From: an uncultured Chloroflexia bacterium
GTDB lineage: Bacteria > Chloroflexota > Anaerolineae > CG2-30-64-16
NCBI GenBank assembly: GCA_963774265.1
Contig: CAVZDU010000001.1
Coordinates: forward strand, 1,442,021 to 1,506,020
DNA length: 64,000 nt
Reading direction: 5' to 3'
This document shows positions 1 through 10,213 of the stretch, piece by piece. Below the pieces are notes generated by a model. That model did not search any database. It worked only from the letters and a program-made list of their open reading frames with translations, and was not told where the DNA came from. How positions within the stretch are numbered: the first letter of the stretch is position 1; each line of letters opens with the position of its first letter. The translations under genes and the position numbers were made by a program.

Positions 1-111
1 TTCTCGGCATTGCGTGCACACCCCAAGATGTGACGTCAACTGCGCCAGCTCGGCGGGCAACAACTCACCATCCAGGTAGGCACGCAAGCGCCCCATATCG
101 TGTTGGTTCAT
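1..111 (-). CDS. Zinc-binding (zf-HC2) anti-sigma factor, N-terminus (runs off window)
   Basis: Manual translation MNQHDMGRLRAYLDGELLPAELAQLTSHLGVCTQCRE with YLDGEL and HxxxCxxC; ATG overlaps the sigma factor stop (ATGA). Confidence 0.85.
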   Translation of the reverse strand, partial: MNQHDMGRLRAYLDGELLPAELAQLTSHLGVCTQCRE

Positions 112-767
112 GCTCCCTCACCGCCCCGATTCACGGGATTACTTTGGTTGTCCACAGGAATGCTTCGCGAGTAGGCCTTTTCGAAGGCGGCCTCTGCCCG
201 CGCAAGCAGCGTGCCCACTGATCCGGGCGCCACATTCAGCGCCTCGGCCAACTCCTTGTACGAGAGACCTGCATAGCGCAGCAGCAGTAGTTGCACCTGG
301 CGCTCCGGCAGCGCTTTCAATGCCTGACGCACAGCCAGACGCGTCTCTGCCCGTTCGGCTAAATCGACGGGATCTGCCTCACCTGTCACGCTGATGACAG
401 TGTTTTCTCGGCGCTGCCGGCGGCCATATCCTCGCACGGAGTTGTACGCCAGGTTGGTGACCACCCGATACAGCCACGCAGCCACGCGTCGGTCGTCTCC
501 AGGACTGCTTCGCTGGCCTACGGGACTGCTGTGCCGGTCCACAGAACTACTTCGCCGGTCCGCCTGATCCCGCCAGACATTGGGCGAGCGATGTAAGCGC
601 AGGAAGGCCTCCTGCGCCAGATCCTCCGCTTCCTCCCGCGTGCCGGTAATCCGATACGCCAGCCGAAACACGGACTGGTAGCGGGCCAGGAACAAGGCGT
701 CGAAATCAACCGACACAGTATGCTCTGGGGACGTTGGTCGCGCCAGCGATAAGGCAATGCTCCCCAT
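108..767 (-). CDS. ECF RNA polymerase sigma factor
   Basis: Region 2 (AEDLAQEAFLRL, WLYRVVTN) and region 4 (GLSYKELAEALNVAPGSVGTLLARA); coupled to anti-sigma gene. Confidence 0.9.
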   Translation of the reverse strand: MGSIALSLARPTSPEHTVSVDFDALFLARYQSVFRLAYRITGTREEAEDLAQEAFLRLHRSPNVWRDQADRRSSSVDRHSSPVGQRSSPGDDRRVAAWLYRVVTNLAYNSVRGYGRRQRRENTVISVTGEADPVDLAERAETRLAVRQALKALPERQVQLLLLRYAGLSYKELAEALNVAPGSVGTLLARAEAAFEKAYSRSIPVDNQSNPVNRGGEGA

Positions 768-855
768 CCTGCAGTGTCCTCATGTAAGCTTTGGTTCTAT
801 GATTAAGAACACCGCAAGATGGCGATTTGTGACAAGAGGGCGATGTTGTTCTTTG

Positions 856-1122
856 TCAGCTTTCAAACGGCTGCGTGTCCAGGCTCCCGTCCGGTCCCTG
901 GATCAGTTGCCGCACTCGCAACTCCGCGCGATCCAGCAGAGCGTTGCACTGTTGCGCCAGCGTTGTGCTGCGCTCGAAAAGGGACAGCGCATCGCTCAGT
1001 GACAGGTCGCCTCCCTCCAGCTTGCGCACGGTTTCTTCCAGCTCGGAATAGAGCTCCTCAAAGGCGCCCGGTGAGGGCGATGCACGTGTCGCCTCACCAT
1101 CGCTTGCGTGCTCTTCTGTCAT
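856..1122 (-). CDS. xseB: Exodeoxyribonuclease VII small subunit
   Basis: FEELYSELEETVRKLEGGDLSLSDALSLFE motif; follows xseA. Confidence 0.92.
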   Translation of the reverse strand: MTEEHASDGEATRASPSPGAFEELYSELEETVRKLEGGDLSLSDALSLFERSTTLAQQCNALLDRAELRVRQLIQGPDGSLDTQPFES

Positions 1123-2333
1123 TTCACTCCTCGAACTGTTGTCTCGAACGCGCCGTCGGCCACACGCACGGTGAGCGCGTCTCCCGCAGCCACTTGATGG
1201 ATGGAACTGACGATTTCTTTTTCGCGCGTGACGATGGCGTAGCCCCTTTCGAGCACGCGGCCGGGGTCTAGTGCCGCCAATTGCAGGCGTAAACCTTTCA
1301 GGCGGGCGCGGTCATTGCGAACGGTGTTCATGATCGCCAGGCTGGCGCGGCGCTGGAGATCGTCCACTCGCTGTCGGTCTGTGGCGAGGCGACGTTCAGG
1401 AGACACGCGCCGGGCACGACCGGCAAGGATCTCGACAGCAGACCGTGCTCTACTCAGGCGCTGGGTGATGGCGGCTTGCGCCGCAGTCCCCAGGTCGGCC
1501 AGCACCAGCAGCACCTGGCGCATATCCGGGGTGCAGGCCGCGGCCGCCCCCGTGGGTGTGGGGGCACGCAGATCTGCTGAGAAGTCAGCAATGGTGAAGT
1601 CAGTCTCATGACCCACACCAGTGACGACCGGTACAGCGGACGCAGCGATGGCACGCGCCACGCGCTCATCGTTGAATGCCCATAACTCCTCGATGGAGCC
1701 GCCCCCGCGCGCAACGATGATCGCGTCCAACGGCTCGCGCTCGGCCGACCAGCGGTTGAGCATCGCCAACGACGCGCAGATGCCGGGCGGCGCGTCCGCG
1801 CCCTGCACCGGGGTGGGAGCCAAAACAACACTGACCAGCGGATACCGGGCAGCCAGCGTGCGCAGGATATCGCGCAAAGCCGCTGCATTGGCTGAGGTGA
1901 CGATGCCCAGCCGCCTGGGCAGAGCCGGGATGGGGCGTTTTCGAGCGTCGTCGAACAACCCCTCGGCAGTGAGCCGCGCGCGCAGCCGCTCGAATTCCTG
2001 CCATAGTCGCCCAGCGCCAGCCGCCTCCAGGCGATCGATGTAAAACTGGTAGACACCCTGGCTTTCGTAGACCGATACATAGCCGTGTGCGACGACGGCG
2101 TCGCCGTCGCGCGGCAGGGACATGCGGACGGCGGCGGTGCGCCAGATTACCGACCGGATAGATGCGTCGCCATCCTTCAGCGTCAGATAGCAATGTCCTG
2201 ACGTCGCCAGCTTGAAGTTTGACACCTCGCCACTGATCCATACGTCAGACAGCAACTCGTCAGCAACGAAGAGCGACTTAATATAAGCCGTGGCCTGCGA
2301 GACCGACAGGACGTTGACGTTCTGCATGATCAC
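1119..2333 (-). CDS. xseA: Exodeoxyribonuclease VII large subunit
   Basis: GEVSNF, SGHCYLTLKD, RGGGSIEELWAFNDE, GHETDFTIADF motifs. Confidence 0.95.
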   Translation of the reverse strand: MIMQNVNVLSVSQATAYIKSLFVADELLSDVWISGEVSNFKLATSGHCYLTLKDGDASIRSVIWRTAAVRMSLPRDGDAVVAHGYVSVYESQGVYQFYIDRLEAAGAGRLWQEFERLRARLTAEGLFDDARKRPIPALPRRLGIVTSANAAALRDILRTLAARYPLVSVVLAPTPVQGADAPPGICASLAMLNRWSAEREPLDAIIVARGGGSIEELWAFNDERVARAIAASAVPVVTGVGHETDFTIADFSADLRAPTPTGAAAACTPDMRQVLLVLADLGTAAQAAITQRLSRARSAVEILAGRARRVSPERRLATDRQRVDDLQRRASLAIMNTVRNDRARLKGLRLQLAALDPGRVLERGYAIVTREKEIVSSIHQVAAGDALTVRVADGAFETTVRGVK

Positions 2334-2337
2334 CTGC

Positions 2338-3402
2338 TCAATGGAAGCTCGGCACGCGCAGGAAGAAAAATGCCAGCGCGAGGATCACGTAGAGCGCCAG
2401 CAACTGCACACCCTCAAGCCAGTGACTCTCACCGTCCTGCGCCACGAACGCCGCGACCAGGACGCCGGCGAAGAGGGCAATGATTTCGAATTGGTTGAAC
2501 ACCAGGGTCAAGGGGTTGCCCATCAGCAGGCTGACAAACACCAGGACCGGTGCAACGAACAGGGCAACCTGCAGGCTGGAGCCGAGCGAAACCGTCATGC
2601 TCAACTCCATCTTGTTCTTAAGCGCAGCTTGCACAGCCACAAGGTGCTCGGCAACGTTGCCAATGATGGGGACAACAATGATGCCAATGAAGAATTCGGA
2701 GACGCCCAGGGCAGCCACTGTCGGCTCCACTGACCCGACCAGCACTTCGCTCAACACGGCGATAAGCGCTGTAGAGCCCAACAGATAAGCTACCGCCTTA
2801 CGGATCGGCCATCCGCCGTGGTGCGCATTTTGGGTCGCGTGGCCTAACTCGGGTTCCGGGCTCGTGAAACGGAATGCGAAAACGAGCCCCAGAACATACA
2901 CGATCAGCATGGCGATGGCCGTACCGATGCTCAAGGATTCGACCGGCCCGGTCGTTTCGGTGTGGGCAAAGAAGAAGAGGGAGGGGATCATCAATGCCAA
3001 CACCGCGAGGATGAGTTGAATTGCGTTGGCGCCAGCTTGCGTCCGATCAAAACGCTGCACGCCGTTCTTGAGACCCCCGACAACGATCGCCAGCCCCATG
3101 ACCAGCAGGATATTTCCCAGGATCGAACCGGTGATAGACGCCTTGACCAACTCCAACAATCCGGCGCGAATGGCGAACAGGGTGATGATCAACTCCGCCG
3201 CATTGCCAAGGGTTGCATTGAGCAGCCCACCGACGCGCGGCCCCGTGTGAACGGCGAGTTCTTCGGTGGCTTGTCCCAGAATACCGGCGGTGGGGATGAC
3301 GGCCAGCGCTGAGGTGATGAAAACGAGAGTTGGCGACCAATCCAGGATGCGGCCCAGAATGGCGAGCGGGGCGAAGATCAGCAGGACATTGATGAATTTC
3401 AC
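2338..3402 (-). CDS. cax: Calcium/proton antiporter (CAX family)
   Basis: GNAAE and GNVAEH alpha-repeats; multiple TM helices. Confidence 0.9.
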   Translation of the reverse strand: MKFINVLLIFAPLAILGRILDWSPTLVFITSALAVIPTAGILGQATEELAVHTGPRVGGLLNATLGNAAELIITLFAIRAGLLELVKASITGSILGNILLVMGLAIVVGGLKNGVQRFDRTQAGANAIQLILAVLALMIPSLFFFAHTETTGPVESLSIGTAIAMLIVYVLGLVFAFRFTSPEPELGHATQNAHHGGWPIRKAVAYLLGSTALIAVLSEVLVGSVEPTVAALGVSEFFIGIIVVPIIGNVAEHLVAVQAALKNKMELSMTVSLGSSLQVALFVAPVLVFVSLLMGNPLTLVFNQFEIIALFAGVLVAAFVAQDGESHWLEGVQLLALYVILALAFFFLRVPSFH

Positions 3403-4454
3403 GGTAGGCTACTCCTTTCTTTGATAGCGGATTGCACGTCGCGGGCGGTACGCTGCATCCACTCCCACAGACCCTGTGGTGGTGGCGCCAACCCTTCGGG
3501 ATCCATAAAGAGATTGGCCGGGGCGCCCAGGGGCGCCAGGAGGTTGAGGGCCTTGGGCAGGATTTCGATGACGACGGGGGTCTCCCCTACGCAATCACCG
3601 TCCACATGAACAGGCAGACGACGACTGGTGCGGATTTCGACGCGTCGGGCGCGATAGATGTCGACCTCCGGATCGTCGATGTGACGGGCGACCAGCAGCT
3701 TCATGCCATGTCGGAAAGTGCGGAAGCCGCTGCTACCCAGAAAACCGTACACGTCGAGCCAACCATCGTCAATCTTCGCGTGCTGAGCCAGGCGCCAACT
3801 CAGTCCGTAGAGCTGGATGTTGCTGGCGGTCAGCATGACAATACGCCGGCTGATGCGATGGCCGTCGATTCGCAGCCTGGCGGACGTCCCACGCCAGTAG
3901 CGCAGCGTCATGAAGGTGGTGACAAAGTGGGCAAGTGGACTGCCCAGTCGCCGCTTTATGTCTTTGTCTGCTGCGACGTTCCGGTTCACTTCTGCATCGA
4001 AGCCCACGCCGCCCCAGCAAAGAAAATGGTGCACCGGGCCGCGCCCGCCGCGCAGTGTCATGCGTCCCACATCCACCCGACGGATCTGGCCGCCCAGCAG
4101 CAGTCGTGCGGATTCGACGATGGGTTTGGGATGGATGCCACCGGGGACGGGCAGGTTGAGCTGGTGGGCAAAGACATTGCCCGAGCCTCCGGGCAGCACC
4201 GCCAGTGCGGTATCGGAGCCCAGCAGCCCGTCAACGACTTGAGCGATGGTCCCGTCTCCGCCAAGCAGGAAGACCACATCTGTACTATTGGCAGCCGCCT
4301 GGCGGGCAAACGTTGTGGCATCGCCGGGACCCAGCGTGGTGTCCACCGACGAGACGGCAATCCCGCTCTCCTGCAGCAGGTTGACGATCTGGAGAATGTC
4401 ATCCGCGGGAGCGTGCTGACCTGCTTCGGGGTTGGCGATGATAGTCGCCTTCAT
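3399..4454 (-). CDS. Diacylglycerol/lipid kinase family (YegS/DgkB-like)
   Basis: NPEAG, GGDGT, LPGGSGNVFA, VDGD motifs. Confidence 0.88.
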   Translation of the reverse strand: MKATIIANPEAGQHAPADDILQIVNLLQESGIAVSSVDTTLGPGDATTFARQAAANSTDVVFLLGGDGTIAQVVDGLLGSDTALAVLPGGSGNVFAHQLNLPVPGGIHPKPIVESARLLLGGQIRRVDVGRMTLRGGRGPVHHFLCWGGVGFDAEVNRNVAADKDIKRRLGSPLAHFVTTFMTLRYWRGTSARLRIDGHRISRRIVMLTASNIQLYGLSWRLAQHAKIDDGWLDVYGFLGSSGFRTFRHGMKLLVARHIDDPEVDIYRARRVEIRTSRRLPVHVDGDCVGETPVVIEILPKALNLLAPLGAPANLFMDPEGLAPPPQGLWEWMQRTARDVQSAIKERSSLP

Positions 4455-4474
4455 AGCATTGCCTCAGCCGTGGT

Positions 4475-5560
4475 CTACAGGACTGCTTTGTGCTCACCGC
4501 ACTGCAGCGCAGCGCGCAGTGATGCAGTGCAGGTGTCGCGAAGAACCTGGTCCGCGGCGGTATACGGGTCGATTTCGCGTCGAGCGATCGCCACAGCAAG
4601 CCGCGTTACGAGTGTCGCGGCACTCATGCCGTCCGGCTGGCTTGCCATCAAGGCGGCCATAAGCCGCTCAGCCAGGATGGCGTTGAGCGCCGCGGTCGCG
4701 CGGATCACCTCCCGGCGACTGAGTTGGCCTGTCTCGCGGAGAAAACTGGCATGGCGCTCGATCCAATCCCGCAGCACATCCACGCCTTCGCTGCGAACTG
4801 CTACGGTCTTCGTGATCGGCGGGAGCCACGAGCCATCCGGCTGCGCGCCAGGTTCAGCATGGACGGCCGGATGCCTTGAACGGTCCCCACGGGATGGTTC
4901 CCCATGATGACTTGCCGCTAATGGCGCCAGTCCCTGCATCATTTGGAGCGCCATGATGGTGTGGTCAGCGCCCTCGCGATCGGCCTTATTCACAGCGAAC
5001 AGGTCCGCGATCTCGAGGATGCCCGCTTTGATGGCTTGCACCTCGTCGCCCAACCCTGGCGCCTCGACGACGATGGTCGTATGCGCAGCACTGGCGATGT
5101 CGATCTCTGCCTGCCCAACTCCAACCGTCTCGATCAGGATGCGGTCGAAGCCGGCTGCGTCAAGGACGGTCAATACATCCGAAGTCGCACGAGCAAGGCC
5201 CCCCAGGCTGCCGCGCGTCGCCATGCTGCGGATGAAGACGCCCGGATCACCTGACAGGTCGCGCATGCGGACACGGTCGCCCAAGAGCGCGCCGCCTGAA
5301 AAGGGGCTAGTCGGATCGACCGCCACAACGCCCACCGTGAGTCCCTGGGACCGATACGCGCGTGCAAGTGCATTGACCAGGGTGGACTTGCCTGTGCCCG
5401 GCGCACCGGTGATACCTATCAGGTGAGCGCGGCCGGTGTGCGGGTAAAGTGCAGCGAGGAGTTGCTGCGCATCGACAGCTTCATTCTCAACATGAGAGAT
5501 AGCCTTCGCCAGCGCACGCCGATTGCCGGCAAGAAGCGGTTCGACCAGATCCAGCCCCAT
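4475..5560 (-). CDS. meaB: Acyl-CoA mutase-associated GTPase chaperone
   Basis: GAPGTGKST, VDPTSPFSGGALLGDRVRM, ETVGVGQ, NKAD; next to mutase genes. Confidence 0.93.
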   Translation of the reverse strand: MGLDLVEPLLAGNRRALAKAISHVENEAVDAQQLLAALYPHTGRAHLIGITGAPGTGKSTLVNALARAYRSQGLTVGVVAVDPTSPFSGGALLGDRVRMRDLSGDPGVFIRSMATRGSLGGLARATSDVLTVLDAAGFDRILIETVGVGQAEIDIASAAHTTIVVEAPGLGDEVQAIKAGILEIADLFAVNKADREGADHTIMALQMMQGLAPLAASHHGEPSRGDRSRHPAVHAEPGAQPDGSWLPPITKTVAVRSEGVDVLRDWIERHASFLRETGQLSRREVIRATAALNAILAERLMAALMASQPDGMSAATLVTRLAVAIARREIDPYTAADQVLRDTCTASLRAALQCGEHKAVL

Positions 5561-5571
5561 CTGGGAAACCC

Positions 5572-6000
5572 TTATTGTCCCACAGGGACGGTCCCCAGTC
5601 TTTGGGTCTGCGTCTCGCGCCGGATAAAGTCGATAATGTCGTGCGTATTGGTTCCAGGACCGAAGACACCCTTCACCCCAAGTTGTTTGAGTGGCTCAAC
5701 ATCCTCATCCGGGATAATGCCGCCCAAGAGGACAATAACGTCATTCATCTCTTGTGCGCGCAACAACTCGACGATGCGCGGGCACAGCGCCATATGCGCA
5801 CCCGACAGGATCGACAGCCCCACGATATCCACATCTTCCTGCAGGGCGGCCTCGGCAATCATTTCCGGAGTCTGCCGAATCCCGGTATAAATGACCTCCA
5901 TGCCTGCGTCACGCAATGCACGCGCAACCACCTTGGCGCCTCGATCGTGCCCATCTAGTCCAGGCTTGGCCACCAATACACGAATCTTTCGCTCAGTCAT
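5572..6000 (-). CDS. Cobalamin-binding small subunit of acyl-CoA mutase
   Basis: [13 protein letters not shown] (DxHxxG), GLSILSG; RBS GGAGG. Confidence 0.93.
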   Translation of the reverse strand: MTERKIRVLVAKPGLDGHDRGAKVVARALRDAGMEVIYTGIRQTPEMIAEAALQEDVDIVGLSILSGAHMALCPRIVELLRAQEMNDVIVLLGGIIPDEDVEPLKQLGVKGVFGPGTNTHDIIDFIRRETQTQRLGTVPVGQ

Positions 6001-6050
6001 GTAGCTCGCCCTCCGGTGCTATTGTACCGCCACACCGTGTTATTGTCACC

Positions 6051-7751
6051 CTAGAAGAACACCGGCTCCTGGTACTCCCCAAATACCTCTCGAAAGATGC
6101 CGGTGATCTCGCCCAGCGTAGCATACGCGGTTACGGCGTCCAGGATGGGATACATCAGATTATCCTTGCCCCGCGCCGCGTCCCGGAGCCGTCCAAGCAT
6201 GGCTTGCACCTGTCCATTGTCGCGGCCGGAACGCACCTGCTCAAGCCGAGCGATCTGTCGTTCGTACCCCTGCGGATCCATTTCTAAGATCGGAATGGAC
6301 ATCGGTTCATCGGCTACAAAATCGTTGACGCCAACGATGGTGCGCTGCCCTCGATCTATCTCTTGCTGGAATCGGAATGCTGCCTCTGAAATCTCGCGCT
6401 GCATGAAGCCGGCCTCCAGCGCGGGGATGACACCGCCAAGCGCTTCGATCCGTTTGAAATAGGCTTTGGCCTCGGCCTCCATACGATCCGTGAGCGCCTC
6501 CACGAAGAAGGAGCCGGCCAGCGGATCGGTGGTATCGGCGGCGCCGCTCTCTTCGGCGATCACCTGCTGAGTGCGCAGAGCGATTGTGACAGCCTTCTGC
6601 GAAGGCAGCGCCAGCGCCTCATCCATGCTGTTCGTGTGGAGGCTTTGTGTGCCGCCCAACACAGCGGCCAACGCTTGCAGCGCCACGCGCACGATATTGA
6701 CTTCGGGCTGCTGCGCAGTCAGGCTCACGCCGGAGGTTTGCGCATGGGTGCGCAGCATCCAGGAGCGAGGGTCCTTAGCCCCGTATTTTTCGCGCAGCGC
6801 ACGCGCCCAGATGCGCCGCGCCGCACGGAATTTGGCGATCTCCTCGAAGAACTCGCTGTGGGCGTTGAAGAAGAACGATAGGCGGGGTGCAAAGTCGTCA
6901 ATGTTCATCCCCCGTTCCAGAGCGGCCTCGACATATGCAAACCCGTCAGCGAGCGTGAACGCCAGCTCCTGGGCCGCCGTGGATCCTGCCTCTCGGATGT
7001 GATAGCCGGAGATGCTGATGGTGTTCCACTTCGGCATCTCCCTGGCGCCGAACTCGATCGTGTCGACGACCAGACGCATAGAGGGCGCGGGCGGGAAGAG
7101 GAATTCTTTCTGTGCAATGTATTCCTTGAGAATATCGTTTTGCGTGGTGCCGCCCAGCGCGGATCGAGGAATCCCCCGCTTCTCCGCCGCCGCTATATAC
7201 ATGGCCCATATGATGGCCGCCGGGCTGTTGATGGTCATGGAGGTGGTTACCTGGTCCAGTGGCAGGCCTGAAAGCAGAATTTCCATGTCGGCCAGCGAAG
7301 AAATGGCGACGCCACACTTACCGAACTCGCCGATGGCCTCCGGCGCGTCTGTGTCGTAGCCGTAGAGTGTGGGCATGTCGAAAGCAATGGAAAGGCCGGT
7401 CTGTCCCTGCTCCAACAGATAGCGGAAACGCGCGTTGGTCTCTTCGGCCGAACCGAAGCCAGCGAACATACGCATGGTCCACAGCTTGCCGCGGTAGCCG
7501 GTGGGATGCACCCCGCGTGTGAAAGGGTAGCGGCCCGGCAGGCCCAGGTCGCGATCGTAGTTGAGTTCTGCGGCATTGGCCGGCGTATACAGGCGTTCGA
7601 TGGGTGCACCCGACATGGTCGTGAAGGGGTTCTTGCGTTCCGGGATGCGTGCCAAGGCTTGCCGGACATCTGTCTCTTCCCATTGTTCGACGGACTCGCA
7701 GATTTGTTGGGTTGTGGCCTTGTCCCACAAGGATGGCTCCTGATCGACCAT
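6051..7751 (-). CDS. icmA: AdoCbl-dependent acyl-CoA mutase large subunit, isobutyryl-CoA mutase-type signature
   Basis: Mutase TIM-barrel motifs ([20 protein letters not shown]); WTMRMFAGF (Phe) and KEYIAQKE (Gln) at specificity positions; symbol inferred from these residues. Confidence 0.8.
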   Translation of the reverse strand: MVDQEPSLWDKATTQQICESVEQWEETDVRQALARIPERKNPFTTMSGAPIERLYTPANAAELNYDRDLGLPGRYPFTRGVHPTGYRGKLWTMRMFAGFGSAEETNARFRYLLEQGQTGLSIAFDMPTLYGYDTDAPEAIGEFGKCGVAISSLADMEILLSGLPLDQVTTSMTINSPAAIIWAMYIAAAEKRGIPRSALGGTTQNDILKEYIAQKEFLFPPAPSMRLVVDTIEFGAREMPKWNTISISGYHIREAGSTAAQELAFTLADGFAYVEAALERGMNIDDFAPRLSFFFNAHSEFFEEIAKFRAARRIWARALREKYGAKDPRSWMLRTHAQTSGVSLTAQQPEVNIVRVALQALAAVLGGTQSLHTNSMDEALALPSQKAVTIALRTQQVIAEESGAADTTDPLAGSFFVEALTDRMEAEAKAYFKRIEALGGVIPALEAGFMQREISEAAFRFQQEIDRGQRTIVGVNDFVADEPMSIPILEMDPQGYERQIARLEQVRSGRDNGQVQAMLGRLRDAARGKDNLMYPILDAVTAYATLGEITGIFREVFGEYQEPVFF

Positions 7752-7766
7752 TTTGTGCCTCCGTCT

Positions 7767-9035
7767 CTAGCTCCGCCACTCTCCGGTCACCGCTGCATCG
7801 AGACACTGTTCTACATCTCCGAAGCGCATTTTGACTCCGCTGTGCATGGGCGCGTAACACGCCATCTTGCCTGCGTTGGTCGCCATCGTCCGGACATCCA
7901 GCATCCGCATGGGCGCGACAACCGCGCAAGTATCAGCGACGACCTCGCCGCCTGCGGCTTCGATAATTTGCACGTAACCCAATTCTGCCGCGCGTTCCCG
8001 GGTGATCTGTCCGGTGGTGACCCAAAGCCGGGTGGCCAGGCGTTTTCCTGACAGGATTTCGGCCACTTGTTGGATTTCGCTCAGACTTGCATGTGGGCAG
8101 CCGATAGTGACCAGGTCGATCTTGCGCAGATCCGGGTCCGCATCCATCACACGGTACGCGTCTGCCAGGCTGTCGACCACGAGTCGTTTCGCGTCGGACC
8201 GGATCAGCTCAACACCGGCGTCGCGCGCCTCGGGGGTATAGCCCGCGATGTGATAAACCGCGACCGCCCCATAGGCTGCCAGCCCCGCGCCTAACGTTTT
8301 CAGCCGGTCGCCTGCCGGCCCACCCAAGGTCAGATCCTCTGGCAGCGGCGGAAGCGTCTCAGCCAGGTCAGCAAACCAGGGGACGCCGTTGCCCACAGCC
8401 TTGCCGACCGTGTAGCTCAGCGCGCCGAAATCCGCCACGGATTTCAGCGGCGTCCGCACTTCGACCAGCCAATTCGCGCGCCGATTGTCGTCAAGGTGAT
8501 ACCCGTAACGCGCTGTGCGGCCGATGATAGCGGCTGCAATGGCGCTTGGACCGCCCTCCCGATTACTCCGTGCTCCGATCACCGAGTTGGCGAATGCCAC
8601 CGCGCTCGACTCCGCCCACGCGAGGGCATCGCCCCGTTGCGGCCTGAAGCTGGGAAACAGGTATGGCGTACAACTCATCGTCGGTGTCACACCCATGGTC
8701 TCAAACGCGTCGATCACGCTGAGCTGCGGCGTCGCGAAGCTCGATTGAATGCCCCAGGTCTGCCACTTGCCGCGCTCCATCCCCATTGGGTTGAGAGTGG
8801 TGGGCACCCGTACACGGGCACCATCGGCCGCCCAGCGGGACAGAAACTCAACGCCAGCATCGCCCAGATTCTTGTAGGAAACGCCCGCAATTTGAACATG
8901 CTTGATTGGGACAAGATCGGCTGCGCCATAGATGCGCGCCAGGGCCACAACGATCTCCATCGCCCGTTTAACGCCCGGGCCCTCGACGCCGGCCAACAGG
9001 CCCTCTTCTTCAGGGGTTAAGAGAAGTTTGTTCAT
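7767..9035 (-). CDS. Aconitase X catalytic (large) subunit, DUF521
   Basis: GVSYKNLGDAG, TTLNP, CTPY, AWAESSAV, NSVIGARSNREGG, GCPH, DTC; start placed at the ATG 7 nt after TGCTAGAAT. Confidence 0.88.
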   Translation of the reverse strand: MNKLLLTPEEEGLLAGVEGPGVKRAMEIVVALARIYGAADLVPIKHVQIAGVSYKNLGDAGVEFLSRWAADGARVRVPTTLNPMGMERGKWQTWGIQSSFATPQLSVIDAFETMGVTPTMSCTPYLFPSFRPQRGDALAWAESSAVAFANSVIGARSNREGGPSAIAAAIIGRTARYGYHLDDNRRANWLVEVRTPLKSVADFGALSYTVGKAVGNGVPWFADLAETLPPLPEDLTLGGPAGDRLKTLGAGLAAYGAVAVYHIAGYTPEARDAGVELIRSDAKRLVVDSLADAYRVMDADPDLRKIDLVTIGCPHASLSEIQQVAEILSGKRLATRLWVTTGQITRERAAELGYVQIIEAAGGEVVADTCAVVAPMRMLDVRTMATNAGKMACYAPMHSGVKMRFGDVEQCLDAAVTGEWRS

Positions 9036-9137
9036 GATCGTCATTCTAGCACGCCCCGGCGCTATGTAAAGGAAGCCAGCTTTCAAGCACCGAACTCGGC
9101 GCCGGGTTGGTAAATAGGAATAGAATTTCCCCGATGT

Positions 9138-9167
9138 TTGACAGCCAGTCTAGCCAAAGGCTATAAT
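9138..9167 (+). promoter_or_regulatory. Consensus sigma70-type promoter
   Basis: TTGACA (9138-9143) N18 TATAAT (9162-9167). Confidence 0.8.
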
Positions 9168-9197
9168 TGCGTGATACTAAGGTGTATGAGGACTAAA

Positions 9198-9314
9198 ATG
9201 GCGCGCAAGAAGTCGTCACGGCGCGATTGGCGCATGACCCTGTTTCTTATCGTATCGGTTCTGATTGTGCTTTCAATGGTGTTGGGTTCGGTTATCATCG
9301 CCATCCAAAACTAG
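9198..9314 (+). CDS. 38-aa single-TM microprotein (basic N-terminus, DUF4044-like architecture)
   Basis: MARKKSSRRDWRMTLFLIVSVLIVLSMVLGSVIIAIQN; GAGGA RBS; directly after consensus promoter; below the ORF-track cutoff. Confidence 0.7.
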   Translation: MARKKSSRRDWRMTLFLIVSVLIVLSMVLGSVIIAIQN

Positions 9315-9318
9315 GGCG

Positions 9319-10200
9319 ATGATCTCCGAGGAAATGGAAGCCAGACCGGCCACCAGTGCGCGCAGTGGAGTTTCGCTGGCGCTGGCGGCTGTCCTTGCGT
9401 TTTCGACGACTCCAGTGTTGGTCATATGGGCTGCACCTCTCAGTCCGTATGAGATCACATTCGGCCGCCTGGCCGTTGCGACGGCAGTCGTCGTCATCCT
9501 TGGCAGGCTGAGTCGCCAACCGTTCTTACCGGCGCGCACGGACCTGGGGCGTTTCGTCCTCTTCGGCCTGGTCACCGCGATCCACTTTCTCAGCTATATC
9601 GCCTCACTCAACTTCACAACCATCGCTCACACCTTAGCAATTGTGTACACTGCACCGGTCTTCGTCACGTCCTTCTCGTCATGGTTTTTGAAGGAGCCAG
9701 TGCAGCCCAGAAAGTGGATCGGAATTGTCGTTGCCGTGTTGGGTATCGCGGTGCTGGCTGGTTTCGAGCCGAGGTTGAATGCGCGGATGCTGATCGGCGA
9801 CGGGTTGGCGCTGATCTCGGCTGTCACGTTTGGGCTTTACACTGTTGCTGGCCGGTCGCAGCGGGACCGGTACAGCCTTTTTACTTATGCCGGAACCGTC
9901 TATGGTGCGGCGGCGTTGTGGACCCTGCCCGTCGCTGCGCTCAACCTGACGCCTGCCGGCTATAATACCCGTTCCTTGCTTGCCTTGTTTGGCGCGGGAC
10001 TGATCCCGCTGGCCACAGGACATACCCTGTACAACGCTGCATTGCGGCGTACACATGCCACCATCGTCAACCTGATCGCCACGCAGGAAGTCACTGGGGG
10101 CGTGCTGCTGGGGTTGCTCTTCCTGCAGCAGGTCCCGCAGGTCAACGAGATTGTTGGCGTCTTGATCACCCTGTTGGGGATTGCTTTGGTGTTGATTTAG
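9319..10200 (+). CDS. DMT/EamA family transporter
   Basis: About 10 TM helices in two EamA repeats (YTAPVFVT...LKEPV; GDGLAL). Confidence 0.88.
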   Translation: MISEEMEARPATSARSGVSLALAAVLAFSTTPVLVIWAAPLSPYEITFGRLAVATAVVVILGRLSRQPFLPARTDLGRFVLFGLVTAIHFLSYIASLNFTTIAHTLAIVYTAPVFVTSFSSWFLKEPVQPRKWIGIVVAVLGIAVLAGFEPRLNARMLIGDGLALISAVTFGLYTVAGRSQRDRYSLFTYAGTVYGAAALWTLPVAALNLTPAGYNTRSLLALFGAGLIPLATGHTLYNAALRRTHATIVNLIATQEVTGGVLLGLLFLQQVPQVNEIVGVLITLLGIALVLI

Positions 10201-10213
10201 AGGATGATCGCCT

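Noticed and set aside
3432-4907. Long antisense ORFs (also 27263-28441, 51906-53087, 62360-63520)
   Set aside because: Shadow frames of GC-rich genes on the opposite strand, with no protein motifs.
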